Shown here: piece by piece, positions 24,855 to 38,479 of the stretch
Layout: each line of letters starts with the position of its first letter
Position numbering within the stretch: the stretch's first letter is position 1
Assembly (NCBI GenBank): GCA_964016885.1
Contig: OZ024758.1
Coordinates: forward strand, 7,626,001-7,690,000
Length of the DNA stretch: 64,000 bases
Origin: Eledone cirrhosa
Lineage: Eukaryota
Reading direction: 5' to 3'
Translations under genes and position numbers: made by a program
Notes under the pieces: model-generated
Seen by the model: only the letters and a program-made list of their open reading frames with translations
Database searches by the model: none
Told to the model about the DNA's origin: nothing

Positions 24855-25580
24855 AGGCAAGGATGGGTTACAAGCAAATGATTAGTTAAGCTGCAACAAA
24901 TAACGAGTGGTGTGCTAATAAGGAGGGGAGTGTCACTGAAACTGAAGGGTGTGTGATGTATGTTGTGTGAGTAGGGCCATGATTTATGGGAACAAGACAT
25001 AGATGATGAATGTGGAGCAGCAGAGAATGATCTGGTGAATGAGGGGTGTGTTGCTCAGAAGGAAGAAGACATAATTGTTTCTACTTTTTTGGCCAGCAAT
25101 TACCCAGTAGATTACTGGTACTTTATTTTATCGACCCCGTAAGGATGAAAGGCAAAGTCAACCTCGGCGGGATTTGAACTCAGACCGTAAAGAGACGTAA
25201 CTGCGCTGGAAAGCATGGCGTCCGACTCTCTACCGATACTGCCAATCCACCGCCCTAGAAAGAAGACATATAATGAATTGTAGAAGATGATGGGAATGGA
25301 ACTATTGATGAAAGTTGTGAAGAGAAATGGAATGAGGTGGTTGGGTCATGTGTTGAGGAATGATGAAAATGCCTGGATGAGAAGAATGATGGAAATGAAT
25401 GATGAAAAAAAAGAAAGATAAAAAAAGATATAGCTAAAAAGGGAGGAAGAAATGAAAGCTAAAGGGTTAAGAGAAGGTTCTGGTAGAACAAACTGGAGAA
25501 GCTTCTCATACCAACCCCTGCAAGGCTAAACCCTGCTTTAGCAAGGAAGATGGCTGTAAAATACTTGTTGTTTGTTGTTA
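24855..25580 (+). mobile_element. Decayed RTE LINE 3' region, interrupted by SINE B
   Basis: Fragments SGVLIRRGVSLKLKG, CVSRAMIYGNKT and KVVKRNGMRWLGHVLRNDENAWMRR, with stops and frameshifts; (TTG)n-like tail. Confidence 0.8.
25074..25257 (-). mobile_element. SINE family B, full length
   Basis: Head GGGCGGTGGATTGGCAGTATCGGTAGA; TSD AAGAAGACATA at 25063-25073 and 25260-25270. Confidence 0.9.
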
Positions 25581-25786
25581 TAGATGTTTTTGCTAAATCA
25601 ACACCGGATGTTAGGATGTTAGGAGTTGGAGACACCAATTTTTCAGCTGGTTAAACATTTACAAATAAATCATGGTTTGAACTAATCAACTAGCATAACT
25701 TTGACCACTCAATCACTTTAAAACTAAGATAAATAAAATAAAATAAAAACAACCCACAGATTTTAAGTGTTGATTAGTATATTTAC

Positions 25787-25888
25787 TCATTAAGGAAATC
25801 ATGTGGATTTATTCGTTAAGGAAATCAGGTGGATTTACTTGTTAAGGAAATCATGTGGATTTATTCATTAAGGAAACCATGTGGATAT
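25787..25888. repeat. 26-bp tandem repeat, about 4 copies
   Basis: TTAAGGAAATCATGTGGATTTATTCR. Confidence 0.85.
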
Positions 25889-26052
25889 AGAATAACAGAA
25901 ATTCTGTAGACATCACATTTCAGAGATAAATATACACAAGAAACTTTATCTTCTCTTCAAAACTAACAAAATCTGATTTTAATACATCTCCTTAGTATCA
26001 ATCACTAAAGGGAAAAAACAAAAAATAGTATTTGACCCAGTGGCAAATATGT

Positions 26053-27324
26053 CAGGTGCCCTGTGAGGTGGAGTGTCTGTTCTAGTGTCTCCCTCACCAT
26101 CCTCTGGTCACCCACAGGTGAGATCTTTGCAAGGTGGAGTGTCTGTTCCATTGAGTCTCCCTCAGCATCCTGATAACCCACAGGTGTTAGCCCTGTGAGG
26201 TGGAGTGTCTCTTCCAATGAGTCTCCCTCACCATCCTCTGATAACCCACAGGTGTTAGCCCTGTGAGGTGGAGTGTCTCTTCCAGTGTGTCTCACTCACC
26301 ATCCTCTGATAACCCACAGGTGTTAGCCCTGTGAGGTGGAGTGTCTCTTCCAGTGTGTCTCCCTCCCCATCCCCTGATAACCCACAGGTGTTAGCCCTGT
26401 GAGGTGGAGTGTCTCTTCCAGTGTGTCTCCCTCACCATCCTCTGATAACCCACAGGTGTTAGCCCTGTGAGGTGGAGTGTCTCTTCCAGTGTGTCTCCCT
26501 CACCATCCTCTGATAACCCACAGGTGTTAGCCCTGTGAGGTGGAGTGTCTGTTCTAGTGTCTCCCTCACCATCCTCTGATAACCCACAGGTGTTAGCCCT
26601 GTGAGGTGGAGTGTGTCTTCCAGTGTGTCTCCCTCACCATCCTCTGATAACCCACAGGTGTTATCCCTGTGAGGTGGAGTGTCTCTTCTAGTGTGTCTCC
26701 CTCACCATCCTCTGATAACCCACAGGTGTTAGCCCTGTGAGGTGGAGTGTCTCTTCCAGTGTGTCTCCCTCACCATCCTCTGATAACCCACAGGTGTTAG
26801 CCCTGTGAGGTGGAGTGTCTGTTCTAGTGTCTCCCTCACCATCCTCTGATAACCCACAGGTGTTAGCCCTGTGAGGTGGAGTGTCTCTTCCAGTGTGTCT
26901 CCCTCACCATCCTCTGATAACCCACAGGTGTTAGCCCTGTGAGGTGGAGTGTCTCTTCCAGTGTGTCTCCCTCACCATCCTCTGATAACCCACAGGTGTT
27001 AGCCCTGTGAGGTGGAGTGTCTGTTCTAGTGTCTCCCTCACCATCCTCTGATAACCCACAGGTGTTAGCCCTGTGAGGTGGAGTGTCTCTTCCAGTGTGT
27101 CTCCCTCACCATCCTCTGATAACCCACAGGTGTTAGCCCTGTGAGGTGGAGTGTCTCTTCTAGTGTGTCTCCCTCACCATCCTCTGATAACCCACAGGTG
27201 TTAGCCCTGTGAGGTGGAGTGTCTCTTCCAGTGTGTCTCCCTCACCATTCTCTGATAACCCACAGGTGTTAGCCCTGTGAGGTGGAGTGTCTCTTCCAGT
27301 GTGTCTCCCCCACCATCCCCTGAG
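26053..27324. repeat. 68-bp GC-rich minisatellite (~19 units; 66-bp variant)
   Basis: Unit CTGATAACCCACAGGTGTTAGCCCTGTGAGGTGGAGTGTCTCTTCCAGTGTGTCTCCCTCACCATCCT. Confidence 0.97.
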
Positions 27325-27645
27325 ACAATATATTCTTCACCCTGTCAGTTGGGAGCATGAGGTGGAGGATACACATACACAAAATAGATAAAAGTAGGCC
27401 ATATATAATTTCTAATCTTGTATCCAATTCTAAACTATTATGTAGAAACAGCAAATGTTGAAATCACTTATACCAGTATCAATGTATCTATTAGCACATA
27501 AGCCATTGTTTGAGGAAGGGAAAAGTAGTATTTAGTTTCTTCATCAAATTGTAAGAAAGCTATGTTTGTGGATTCTGTGTGTGTGTATGTAATTATCTGT
27601 GTATATGTGCATTTGTGTGTCTGTATATTTGTTTATATCACATGC

Positions 27646-27851
27646 TTAACAGTTTAGCATTGAAACCAGCCATATCCAGCCGGAATTCTCTCACCACTTT
27701 CTGATCAAACTGGTTATAACCGGCCACTCATACCAACATTAAGGTATTGTTCTCAAAATGAATAATATCAAAATCTAATAGGTGAGATAATTATGAGAGG
27801 TAAAGCCTTTACCGTGAAAATACAATAGTATATATAGAGTAATAGGGTTAA
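27646..27851 (-). mobile_element. MITE family D
   Basis: TTAA-flanked; body is the reverse of 11743-11956. Confidence 0.8.
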
Positions 27852-27899
27852 TAACTAATTGTGGTAGTGTATGTCCTGAAACTATCATTGATGGTGATG

Positions 27900-27956
<57 letters not shown>

Positions 27957-28089
27957 GTATATAAAATATATATTGTATTACAAACTTGGTATAAATATCC
28001 AAGGGTTTAGAGCTCTCAGTTCATAGGATGAGTTAAGTATAATTAACTACAACAGTGGCATATGCAGGTATATATCACTATTGAAACTC

Positions 28090-28383
28090 ACCTTCCCTTA
28101 CATACGAACTTAAACCTCTTAACCCAATATACACCCCCTACTCCATCCTCCCACCTCCGCCCACTGTAAAGTGGTCGTGTAGGAGACACAGTAAAACGAC
28201 TCCCATTCCACACTGTAAATGTGGTTGGTGTTAGGGAGGGCATCCAGCCGTAGAAAACCAGCCAGAAACAGTTCTGTATGAGCGAGACACGGTCACCCGA
28301 CCAATCTTGCCTCAAGTGGGACAAAACCGTCCAACCCATGCTAGCGTGGAAGATGGACATTAAACGATGATGATGATGATGAT
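28090..28383 (+). mobile_element. SINE A / RTE 3' fragment
   Basis: Shared 3' body and (GAT)n tail. Confidence 0.85.
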
Positions 28384-29168
28384 ATATATATTGGACAATG
28401 AAAATAAAACAAAAGGCAAAGATAGGCCCTTCATTAGTTCATTGTTTTACGATCATTTCAGAGGGTTGATTGATCATGATAAATCAATATATTGACTAAT
28501 TGGAGTCCTGACATATATATAAACACTTTAAAATAATCTTTTGCCAATCATAGAACCTAGGACGGCTTCAGGTTGTTTGATATCAAAGGTGAACAATTGC
28601 TAAGCCGGTATTTTGAACAAAACTTAAGAAAGATTCTTACATAGATAAATATAAATACTTTAAAACAGTTTAGTATTGTAGAACAAGGGGTGTTTGGAAG
28701 ATAACTTAACACAGGTTCTTACATAAAATTATAACAGAAATGTTTTCAGATGTATATAAACACTTCAATCATAAAACCAGGAATGGCTTCAGGCAGCTTG
28801 GTATCAAAAGCTAAAATGTGCAAAGAAAATCTATGAGATGTATTTTATAAGTTATTACAGACATTAGTCTTTACTAAACTAATCTTATTGTCAACCAGAT
28901 CACTGATTTTAGGAAAAAAAATAGAAAGATCCTTATCGTGTATAGCTTCACTTACATATAACATATTTCATAAGACAGTAAAAATAGTTTAAGAAGACAG
29001 GAAGATTTCAATAGAAATGACAATATTGTCATGTCTTTTATCAAAATAACAAAAGACTTTATAGTATTTTAGCTTCTGTCTATAGTAAAAACATCATTTT
29101 CAAAATCAATACAAGTAGATGACTAAACTATATGCTTCTATTATGAATTATCTATTAATATAACTCAC

Positions 29169-29205
29169 AGTGTGTTCTGTCTGTTTGTCAGATTCCCTTT
29201 AAAAG
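29169..29205 (-). CDS. Candidate 37-nt exon (FKGNLTNRQNT)
   Basis: Acceptor TTTTTTTAG, donor GTGAGT, single open frame. Confidence 0.2.
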
Positions 29206-29345
29206 CTAAAAAAATTCTCACTGAACTAAATAATAAACCAGTCATCCTTCATCTTTTGTTTTTTCTCCTTCTGTCTCGCTCTTGTTAATTGTAAGGCATA
29301 TTAGATACCTCTTCTAGTCTGTCATGGCTTACTAGTTCAATACAG

Positions 29346-29413
<68 letters not shown>

Positions 29414-29506
29414 CAAATGTAAAAGTATAACTCTTTTTGCATACAGAGAGCTGTATAAGGAGAATATATGAATTTTGCTTAACTGTGTGTGTGTGTGTCT
29501 ATGTAT

Positions 29507-29549
<43 letters not shown>

Positions 29550-29667
29550 TATATTAAGATGGACAAGGCCTATCATTCAAGCTTAAACTGTTTCATTGGC
29601 AAAATAAGAAATTAAATAAAAGAGAAACATTTTATAAAAAATTCTATTTCCCAGTTTACCATCAAAA

Positions 29668-29873
29668 TAGCATTTAAACCGGCCATATCCGGCCAGAATT
29701 CTCTCACCTCTTTCTGTTCAAACCAGCCATAACTGACTCATAATACTTATGTTAAGGTATTGTTCTCAAAATATATAATATCAAAATCTCTCAGATTCGA
29801 TATTATGTGAAATAAAGTGTTTACCGTGAAAATATGATAATAAATATAGAGTAATGTAAATGGTAAAGATTTA
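29668..29873 (-). mobile_element. MITE family D (eroded ends)
   Basis: Body colinear with 50247-50462. Confidence 0.8.
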
Positions 29874-29958
29874 GCTTGGTCATAGAGCATATCTATGTAA
29901 GGTGGAGATTCTGATCAAAGCAAAAGATGAGTTCAGTCTATATATGATGATTGATTGC

Positions 29959-30292
29959 TTGATGTGTTTTAGGGAGCTGATATATGAAGGGCAAGCAAGG
30001 TAGGGAGTGTAAACCACTGATGTGTTTTAGGGAGCCGATATATAAAGTATAGGGCAAGGAAGGTAGGGAGTGTAAACCACTGATGTGTTTTAGGGAGCTG
30101 ATATATGAAGGGCAAGGAAGGTAGGGAGTGGAAATCACTGATGTGTTTTAGGGAGCTGATATATGAAGGTCAAGGAAGGTAGGGAGTGGAAACCACTGAT
30201 ATATGAAGTATAGAGCAAGGAATGTAGGGAGTGTAAACCACTGATCTGTTTTAGGGAGATGGTATATGAAGGGCAAGGAATTTAGGGAGTGT
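29959..30292. repeat. ~58-bp minisatellite, 5-6 units
   Basis: CTGATGTGTTTTAGGGAGCTGATATATGAAGGGCAAGGAAGGTAGGGAGTGTAAACCA. Confidence 0.9.
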
Positions 30293-31264
30293 TATAATGG
30301 TTTAAAACAACAGTGAAACAATTGAGTACAGAAACAATGTTGTTACTTGAGAATAAGAAGGCTGAAATGATTGAATTTGAATAAACAGAGAATTGATTTC
30401 AGTTTTTTATATTTTAAAATTTTAGTTGGTATAAACTCATTCATATAGGAGGTGTGTTTTGTTTATAGAAATTTTGAAATAATTTCGTGAAATAAAAAAA
30501 GACAATTTTTTTGCGAGAAACAAACTGATATTCTGTTGAGTTGATATTAAAATCAGATAAAATTACAAAACATCTGTAAATAAATTAATCTTTTTATTTT
30601 ATTTTATTTTATTTTCTGTCTTTTTTTCCATTTGGTAAATATTTTCACAATTTATAAAACAGAGGACATTTTCCTTTCTGTTTATTTTTTCAATTAAGTT
30701 GGTTTTCAAATTACTCCCTTTTAACTGTGGGTGTTTTATAAACAAACAAATGTCTTTCAGTTCTATTAATATTATTTTCATTTTACTAATTGAAATTTAG
30801 TAATTCTGTTTTTATTAGATGCATATCCAGCTGTAGAAAGCTTCTCAAACAAAGGGTTAGAAGACCCTTCAGTTGTGTTAAAGATATAACAACTTCTTTA
30901 ATGCTGGTGTCATGATAAAATACACTCAGTACAGTGCAGGACCATATGCAAAAGCAAAATGCAGGGCCCCTGCCTATGTGAGAAGTCAGTAGTCCCACTT
31001 GAGTACTGACTTGGTCTGTGAAGCTCCATCCAACCCTTGTTAGTGGGAAAAACATGTTAAATGATGAAGAAGATGTCAAACAAAGGTTTGGGAGGACCCT
31101 TCAGTTGTGTAAAAAACATGACCACTTCCCTAATGCTGGTGTCATGATAAAATAAGTGTAGGACTGTACACAAAAGCAGGATACAGTAGTCCCTATTGAG
31201 TACTGACTGTCTGTGAAACGCTGTCTAACCCTGCTTGTGGGGGAAATGGATGTTAAATGATAAT

Positions 31265-31440
31265 TGTTTCTACTTTTGGCACAAGGCCAGCAATTATCCC
31301 AGTGTATTACTGGTACTTTATTTTATCGACCCTGTAAGGATGAAAGGCTAAGCTAACTTCGGCGGGATTTGAACTCAGACCATAAAGGGCCGTAACTCTT
31401 TGCTCCAAAGTATGTCGTCAGACCCTCTACCGATACTGCC
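31265..31440 (-). mobile_element. SINE family B with 15-bp TSD
   Basis: ATGTTAAATGATAAT at 31250-31264 and 31441-31455; inserted into the tail of an older element. Confidence 0.9.
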
Positions 31441-31763
31441 ATGTTAAATGATAATGATGTTAATGTGCTAATGATATAAATATCTGGGTCCATATACTAT
31501 ATTGTTCCAAAATCTATATTTTAATGGTTGTTCTGGAATTATTTGTCTGTCACACGAATGATCTGTTATAAATGTTCTAATATTGCTTGTAGAATTCATA
31601 TTGGAATAGCTCAATATCACCACATCTATATATATACTTAAACGCACATATGTGTATATATTATATATAAATGAAAATATTCAGGTCCCCCGATGGCTGA
31701 GTTCTGGTCATTTTGACAGCTAGATATGTATGCATATACATCTATACATATACATACATATAT

Positions 31764-32108
31764 GGAGGCACATGGCTTAGTGGTTAGAGCATTGGCCTTG
31801 CAATCGAAAGGTTGTGAGTTCAATTCTCAGACCGGGTGATGTGTTGTTTCCTTGAGCAAGACACTTTATTTCACATTGCTCCAGTTTACTCAGCTGTAGA
31901 AATGAAATGATAGGGACTGGGGTCTCTATCATTCCACTGCAAAGTGGTCGTGGAGGCGCCACAGAAAAAAAGCACCCAGCACTCACTGTAAATGAGGTTG
32001 GCGTTAGGAAGGGTATCCAGCTGTAGAAATCAAGCCAGAATCACCCTTGCAAGCCGTCCCACTCTTGCAAGCAGGGAAAAGCGGACGTAAAATGATGATG
32101 ATGATGAT
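31764..32108 (+). mobile_element. SINE family A, full length
   Basis: tRNA head, body and (GAT)n tail. Confidence 0.9.
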
Positions 32109-32123
32109 ATATATACACACACG

Positions 32124-32156
<33 letters not shown>

Positions 32157-32239
32157 TAATCTATAAAGAGCTTTGTTGTAATTTGAAGAAACCAAATATT
32201 ATTCCTGCAGTAAAACAATATATACAAGTAAACACTCAC

Positions 32240-32313
32240 CACTGCACTTGTCGATGACAGATGTCTTTGGACGTTGTCCAGCTTGTCAAGCTGTAACTGG
32301 GTGACCGTCTTTT
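32240..32313 (-). CDS. Candidate 74-nt internal exon (KTVTQLQLDKLDNVQRHLSSTSAV), unidentified gene
   Basis: Acceptor AATTTCAG and donor GTGAGT. GC and CpG content are higher than the flanks, the sequence is non-repetitive, and two frames are open. Confidence 0.42.
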
Positions 32314-32578
32314 CTGAAATTATAGCAAACATAACATTAGTTTCATTTAACATACATTTCCATATAGAGTATATATTTGGTCTGAATGGGTGTTTGTGTG
32401 TGAATATGTGTATACGTATGTTTGTATATATCATAATTTACCAATAAGTTACAAGTATATGTGTGTGAATCTGTATATAAATATGTGTGTATACGTATAT
32501 ATTAGGTAGGTTTTTGTCAGAAACAATATTTCATGTGTGTACACATTGCCATCATATTTCCATACATATATATATATA

Positions 32579-32581
<3 letters not shown>

Positions 32582-32672
<91 letters not shown>
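32582..32672. repeat. (GA)n microsatellite
   Basis: Nearly pure run. Confidence 0.95.
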
Positions 32673-32673
<1 letters not shown>

Positions 32674-33019
32674 TTTTAATGCCTTCACAAAAATGTGAGA
32701 TGGAAAATGTAAAACATTGACCAGTGAAGATAAACTAAAAAGATATGGTAATGAATAAACTGTTCATATAATGTCAGTAAATATAAAGCAACTGTGAATC
32801 TGTTGCCAATAAAGTCGATGACTTAAATATCTCTTTTAGATTTTAGCACATCTCTGATAAATTATAGAAAACTGGAAATTTAAAAATCAATCATCAGTTT
32901 ATTTTAAAATGATACCAAACTGCCAAAGCTGTTGATTTTAAAGTGTTTTTATTTATTGATAAGCCTTTCATCTTAATTTTATGTCAGAACTTTTGTTAGG
33001 TTATGCTCCAAACACCAGC

Positions 33020-33248
33020 TTAACTCTTTAGCATTTACATTACTGTCTATATATTATTTGATTTTTGTGGTAAAGGCTTTACCTCGCATAATTATCTCAC
33101 ATAATATTGAATCAATGAGATTTTGATATTATTTATTTTGAGAACAATATCTTAACATCAGTATGAGCAGCCAGTTATGGCTAGTTTGAACAGAAGGAGG
33201 TGAGAGAATTCTGACCAGATACAGCTGGTTTAAATGCTAAAGGATTAA
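33020..33248 (+). mobile_element. MITE family D nested in a minus-strand family E copy (~32905-33280)
   Basis: The host reads AAACACCAGC-TTAA-[D]-TTAA-TAATGAGAAAGT. Confidence 0.88.
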
Positions 33249-34214
33249 TAATGAGAAAGTTAGTTACAATACTAAATCCCACCATTTAAAGATTTGAGAC
33301 CTGAGAGTAATTTATGGGACTACAAATCTCATATCATCATCATCGTTTAATATCCATCTTCCACGCTAGCATGGGTTAGACGGGAATAGTCCCACTTGAG
33401 GCAAGATTGATCGGGTGACCGTGTCTTGCTCGCATAGAAATAGTAATAACAATTTCTAAGATAGACACAATGTCAGAAAACCTTTTGATTAAATCATGCC
33501 AGGTGCTTGACTGGAACTTTATTAACCACAGTCAGTCAAAGTTGACCATGATTAAATCTGAACCCAGAACATAAAGGGCTGCAACAAGGAACAAATATTG
33601 CAAGGGATTTTCACCAATGTTTTGACAAATTTACCGTCCCACACTGACAAAATGACAAGTTGGACATAATACTGGTACTGTTGCTGTTAACTCTGGGTGT
33701 GTATTCATGCTTTCATGTCAAGGACATTACAACAAATGTTTCACACACACACTCACATACACAAACACTCACATACACACAAACACACACACATTCATAT
33801 ACATAAAATACTAACATGCACACATACACAATTTAAAAAATGAGATGATAAGTGAGAAAGAAATAGCCCTGAAAAAAAAAAGAATGTCTAAACTCGGAAC
33901 TTCTCATATTTAGACGTATCTTTTAAGTCATAACAAAGCAAGTGTTGATTTAGTTTAAAAGAAAGACGAATGTAGAAAGAAAGCAATAACGAAGAATTAG
34001 TTCAACAGTGGAACAATAAGGAATTCATAAAAGCTCTGGTGGCAAACTCAGCTAAAAATATTGTTATTGACATGTGTAGTTTAAGAGAATTTTACTGGAA
34101 TGTCTTTATTACAAATGACAGCCGAGTCAAAACTAACCAGCAACTGTAGTAAAACTAAGATTTATTTAGTATATGAGAAGAAAAAAAAGACAGATTGAAA
34201 CTTCTTTGTACACC

Positions 34215-34680
34215 TAGTCGTGAGAGAGTCGTGGGAGCAGAGTACTAAAGTACTCCTTCCAGTGGGTCCTTTCAGGAGCAATCGTCTCCAACTGATCCAG
34301 CCAGATCCCCAAGTGAGACCAGCTGAGCTCATGGATGTTATCCACCATCATGCTCAGAGTTTACCCCTGAGTCTCCTGTCAGTTGGTTTTGCCCGTAAAA
34401 TCTATCCAGCGATTCTTCACTGAGGTTTTCTAACCACATGCCCATAGTATCGGAGCTGTGATCTCTCGATTTGGAGAAGTAGCAGCTCTACCTGGACTGA
34501 CGCTCTGATCTCGAAGCTACCCACTCTATCTAGTAATGTTACTCCAAAGACCCTTCAGAGGAACCCCATTTTGGTCACTTGTATTTCAGATATTTTTTAG
34601 GTTATTACCCAAGGTTAATGACCATAGGTAAGAGTTGGCACAAACACTGAATTGAAGATAGTGAGGTTGGCTTTTACACC
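34215..34680 (-). mobile_element. Decayed RTE (Rex3/Expander-like) ORF C-terminus
   Basis: KANLTIFNSVFVPTLTYGH...KMGFL*RVFGVTLLDRVGSFEIRASVQVELLLLQIERSQLRYYGHVVR, with in-frame stops. Confidence 0.88.
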
Positions 34681-35611
34681 TACTCTCTTCTGATTTTTTG
34701 TATGCTGAAGTTGGCACATTACTGCACCAGTTCTGGCAGTTGTTCCACTTAATTCAGCTTCCTGCCTTTCTCAGGATTGAAATTGTTAGGTTATTTTGGA
34801 GGATGGGTGTGGTGGGGACTAGCTTTCTTGAAAAATATAAACAAATTAAAAATACTCAACATAGCAGAGATATGGGTTAATGAATGATTGAAAGAGATTA
34901 GAATGGGAAAGAAAATATAGAAAGATAGGTATTTAAACACTAATTGTGAAAAACAACTATGATAGCAGCATGGCCAACTACAAACATATTTGAGTTAAAA
35001 GTAAGCCAAGGGATCTAGAAAGAATCAAAACATAATGTCCAAAAAGCAGATCATAAGACATTACACCCTTTTAAGGAAATGGTACAAATAAATGTGTGAT
35101 AGAATCAAGAAGAAAAAAGAAAAAGCTCCATGAAAGACAAAAGTTTATTTCATAAGAAATAAGGTAACAGTAGAGTTAGACATAAATAAACAAAACTCTG
35201 TTAATATGGAAGATGTACATTATTCCTTATGCGACCAAACTGCCAGAAACTGCATCGGGTTCTGATACAAAGCCACATTTATTTTAAAATGTTCATGTTT
35301 AAATTACAACATTATTATTGTATGATACTAAGCTGTTTATTTTAAAGTGTTTACATTTATCCATAAATAACTTACATAATTTCATGTAAGAACCTTTACG
35401 TTATATGCCAAACACATGGTAAATAACGAAAAGGTTAGTTATATTAGTAAATATTGATTATTTTCAAACTTATTTGAACATCATTATTAGAAATATGGTA
35501 ATGAAAGGGTTAATATTGATCTGAAGAAATTTGTATTATTAGATTTACATAGCTAATAAATAATGAAATTAAAATTAGAGATACATAATTTGGTATTACA
35601 ATTGTATGTAT

Positions 35612-35642
<31 letters not shown>

Positions 35643-35782
35643 GCATCACGGAAGAGCCATTTTACCCAGTTAAGAAATAACACAAGAATTTATATTCATT
35701 TTTCATTTATTTTGAAATAAAAGTGAATAAAATTATTTGCTTGATTTGAATGGTTAAAATAACTCTGCCATGGCGTAATTGT

Positions 35783-36058
35783 GGAGGCATGTGTCCTAGT
35801 GGTAAGGGTGTTGGACTTGTGATCAGAGTGTTGTTGGTTCAATTCCTGGACTTGGTAGTGTGTTGTGTTCTTGAGCAAAATACTTCATTTCCTGTTGCTC
35901 CAGTATACTCAGCTGAAAAGGAGTACCAGCAATAGCTGGGGGTTTAGACTGGCATCCTGTCCCAGGGGGAGTCTTGTACTCTCAGTCACTTCAGGCCACA
36001 AAAACCAGGGTAAGCACTGGCATGATGAACCCCTGGGCTCGAGACAGACACAGCCTTA
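35783..36058 (+). mobile_element. Older tRNA-derived SINE
   Basis: GGAGGCATGTGTCCTAGTGG...GGTTCAATTCC...CTTGAGCAA. Related copies occur near 2125, 13270-13497 (-) and 36320-36415 (-). Confidence 0.7.
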
Positions 36059-36612
36059 AATCAAATCAATTTCCAAACAAGTATATGTCTAAAATATCTA
36101 TATTTTATCATCAGTTTTGTCCCCATCTTGGTGCATGTTGTGTTCAGTAATGTCTTAAGAATTGTGAATTCAATACTCCTTTATTCAGTCCATGGAGGTT
36201 AGGTTGTTCTCATTCCATTGTACATGAAATGAAATTTATAGTGTACACGTATGTAGATTAAACAGGCCTCATAGTGGGTAGTTTCTCAGGTGTTTTAATG
36301 AAGAGGCCCCAGTGCTATAATGAAAAGAAATGTGAAACAAAGCATCTTGCTCAAGGAACCAAACTTATGACAATATGACTGTGAATCCAACACCCTAACC
36401 ACTAGGCCATGCACTTTCCATTCTCCATACAAAAACAATCTCTGAACACACAAGGGAGTTTAGCTAAGATAATGCAAACTAGAAACTGAGAAATATCGTG
36501 AATTTTTTTAATACCTAAATATTCAGCATAACATAAAAGAATAGCTTGGGAAACCTAGAAATAAAATACACAGAAAGTGAACTGACAAAAGTGATATTAA
36601 CACTGACAAATC

Positions 36613-36973
36613 TACAAGGGTAGGCTGAAAAGTTCATAGGCTGACTATGAAGGAGTGATGCTAGAGCTGTGAAATCTTGTATGCATTAATTTAAACTCTT
36701 TTTATTAATAACAGCATTGTTTGTTTCCAGGGACTATGTTGAAAAATAAACTTCATTTGGTCATTCCATGAGAGTATTCTTGGTCAGCCTATGAAATGTT
36801 CAGCCCTTGAAGGAGTGATGCTAGAGCTGTGAAATTTTGTATGCCTTAATTTAAACTCCTCCTATTAATAACAGTATTGTTTGTTTCCAGAGACTATGTT
36901 GAAAAATAAACCTCATTTGGTCATTCCATGAGAGTATCTTGGTCAGCCTCTGAAATTTTCAGCTGACCTTGTA
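36613..36973 (+). mobile_element. MITE family C with internal tandem duplication
   Basis: TA-CAAGG...CCTTG-TA ends; the ~160-bp body occurs twice, the second unit from ~36808. Confidence 0.88.
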
Positions 36974-37758
36974 CCATTCTAAAATGTCATCCTGTATGTA
37001 TAAAATAATTATAACAGACTGGATAGAAGATGAAGTATTTGTTAGAGACCATTAATCAATCTTGCCTATTAGGATGCTTACAACGATTCTGAGAAGAAAT
37101 TTAAATTATATTAACATATTATTTCCTTTAGCTAGTTTTTGAGAAACATTAAAGACACCCAAAGAGAGAAAGGAAGAGAAAACTTAAAATATTGAACTCT
37201 ACAAATTACTAAAATAATAAAATACACCAAACAATTGAATATTTTGAAGAAAAACATATTTTATATTTAATTGAATATATTTGAATAAGAGTATTGGTTA
37301 CTTTAATAAACCTATATATATGTGTATGTGTATATATATATATGTGTGTGTGTGTGTATGTGTATATATATATATATGCACACATGTACAACCTAGAATA
37401 TGTAGATGAACAAGTGTAGATAGGCATGGATTCATGTTATTCATCAAGTATGCCAATAGCTAGTTAACAGATAGATATTGCCAATATATTAGCTAAGAGA
37501 AAAGAATGAAATATGATTAAAAATATTTTTGGCAGCTTCATCATATGAGCGTAATATAAAAATCTCTATTAAAATTATATTGAAAAATGAAAAAAGGTAA
37601 AAAAAAAATATATCTTTTATATCTTCAAGTTGAAGAGTTATAAACAAATTTTTTAAAAAAATGCAGAAACAAATTTTACAATGTTCTAACAACAACAAAC
37701 AGCCCCTTAAGAAGAATTACTAAAGTAAGTAAAGGAATGGTTACTGCTCTATACTTAC

Positions 37759-37848
37759 TATAAATAAACTTATAAAATCTATCTTGTTTTTCCTTGTAAA
37801 CTAGGAGAACATTATCAGAATCCTTTAACGCAGCATAAGACCAAAAAC
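37759..37848 (-). CDS. Candidate 90-nt exon (FWSYAALKDSDNVLLVYKEKQDRFYKFIY)
   Basis: Acceptor TTTTCTTTTCAACTGGATAG, donor GTAAGT, single open frame, phase 1-1. Confidence 0.28.
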
Positions 37849-38479
37849 CTATCCAGTTGAAAAGAAAATTAGAGTGTCCCAAAATAGCAGAATATTACTT
37901 AAAATAAATTTTCAGTCACTTCTCTTACAATGTTTCTAAAAAAATAAGCAAATCCAAGAAGTTTGTACAATTTTAAAATATCATTTCAAACACTTTGATA
38001 ATGACGTACATTTTTTTTTCTCTAACAGTTTTGTTGGTTTGTTTCAACAATATCGCTGGCTTTATGTCACATAAATCAGTGATACTGATTTAAGAAAAGA
38101 AAATGGAAAGATATGCTAGAAATTTAAAAAAAAAATAGAAAGATAGGCTAGTTGATTTAGAAAATAGTAAGAAAGATGAAAAAACATACATAGAAACCTT
38201 TAAAATCAGGATTGAGAAATGAAAGGAAAAATAGTTGATCTAAAATATAACCAAAATAAAAATCTCTCTTTGATGGCTTTTATACTTTAAGGAAATTTAA
38301 CTCTTAACATTCTGCAATGATTTAGCAGAAAATATCTAAAAACAGGTTTGTTACTTCAAATGTTTATAGTATCTTTACTAATGGACAGATCATTGTGAAA
38401 ACTTGTAGTATCAGAATAAAGACTTTAATCTTTAATGTCATGCAGTCAATTGCCCCTGGTTCTGAGATAAAACTGTTTA

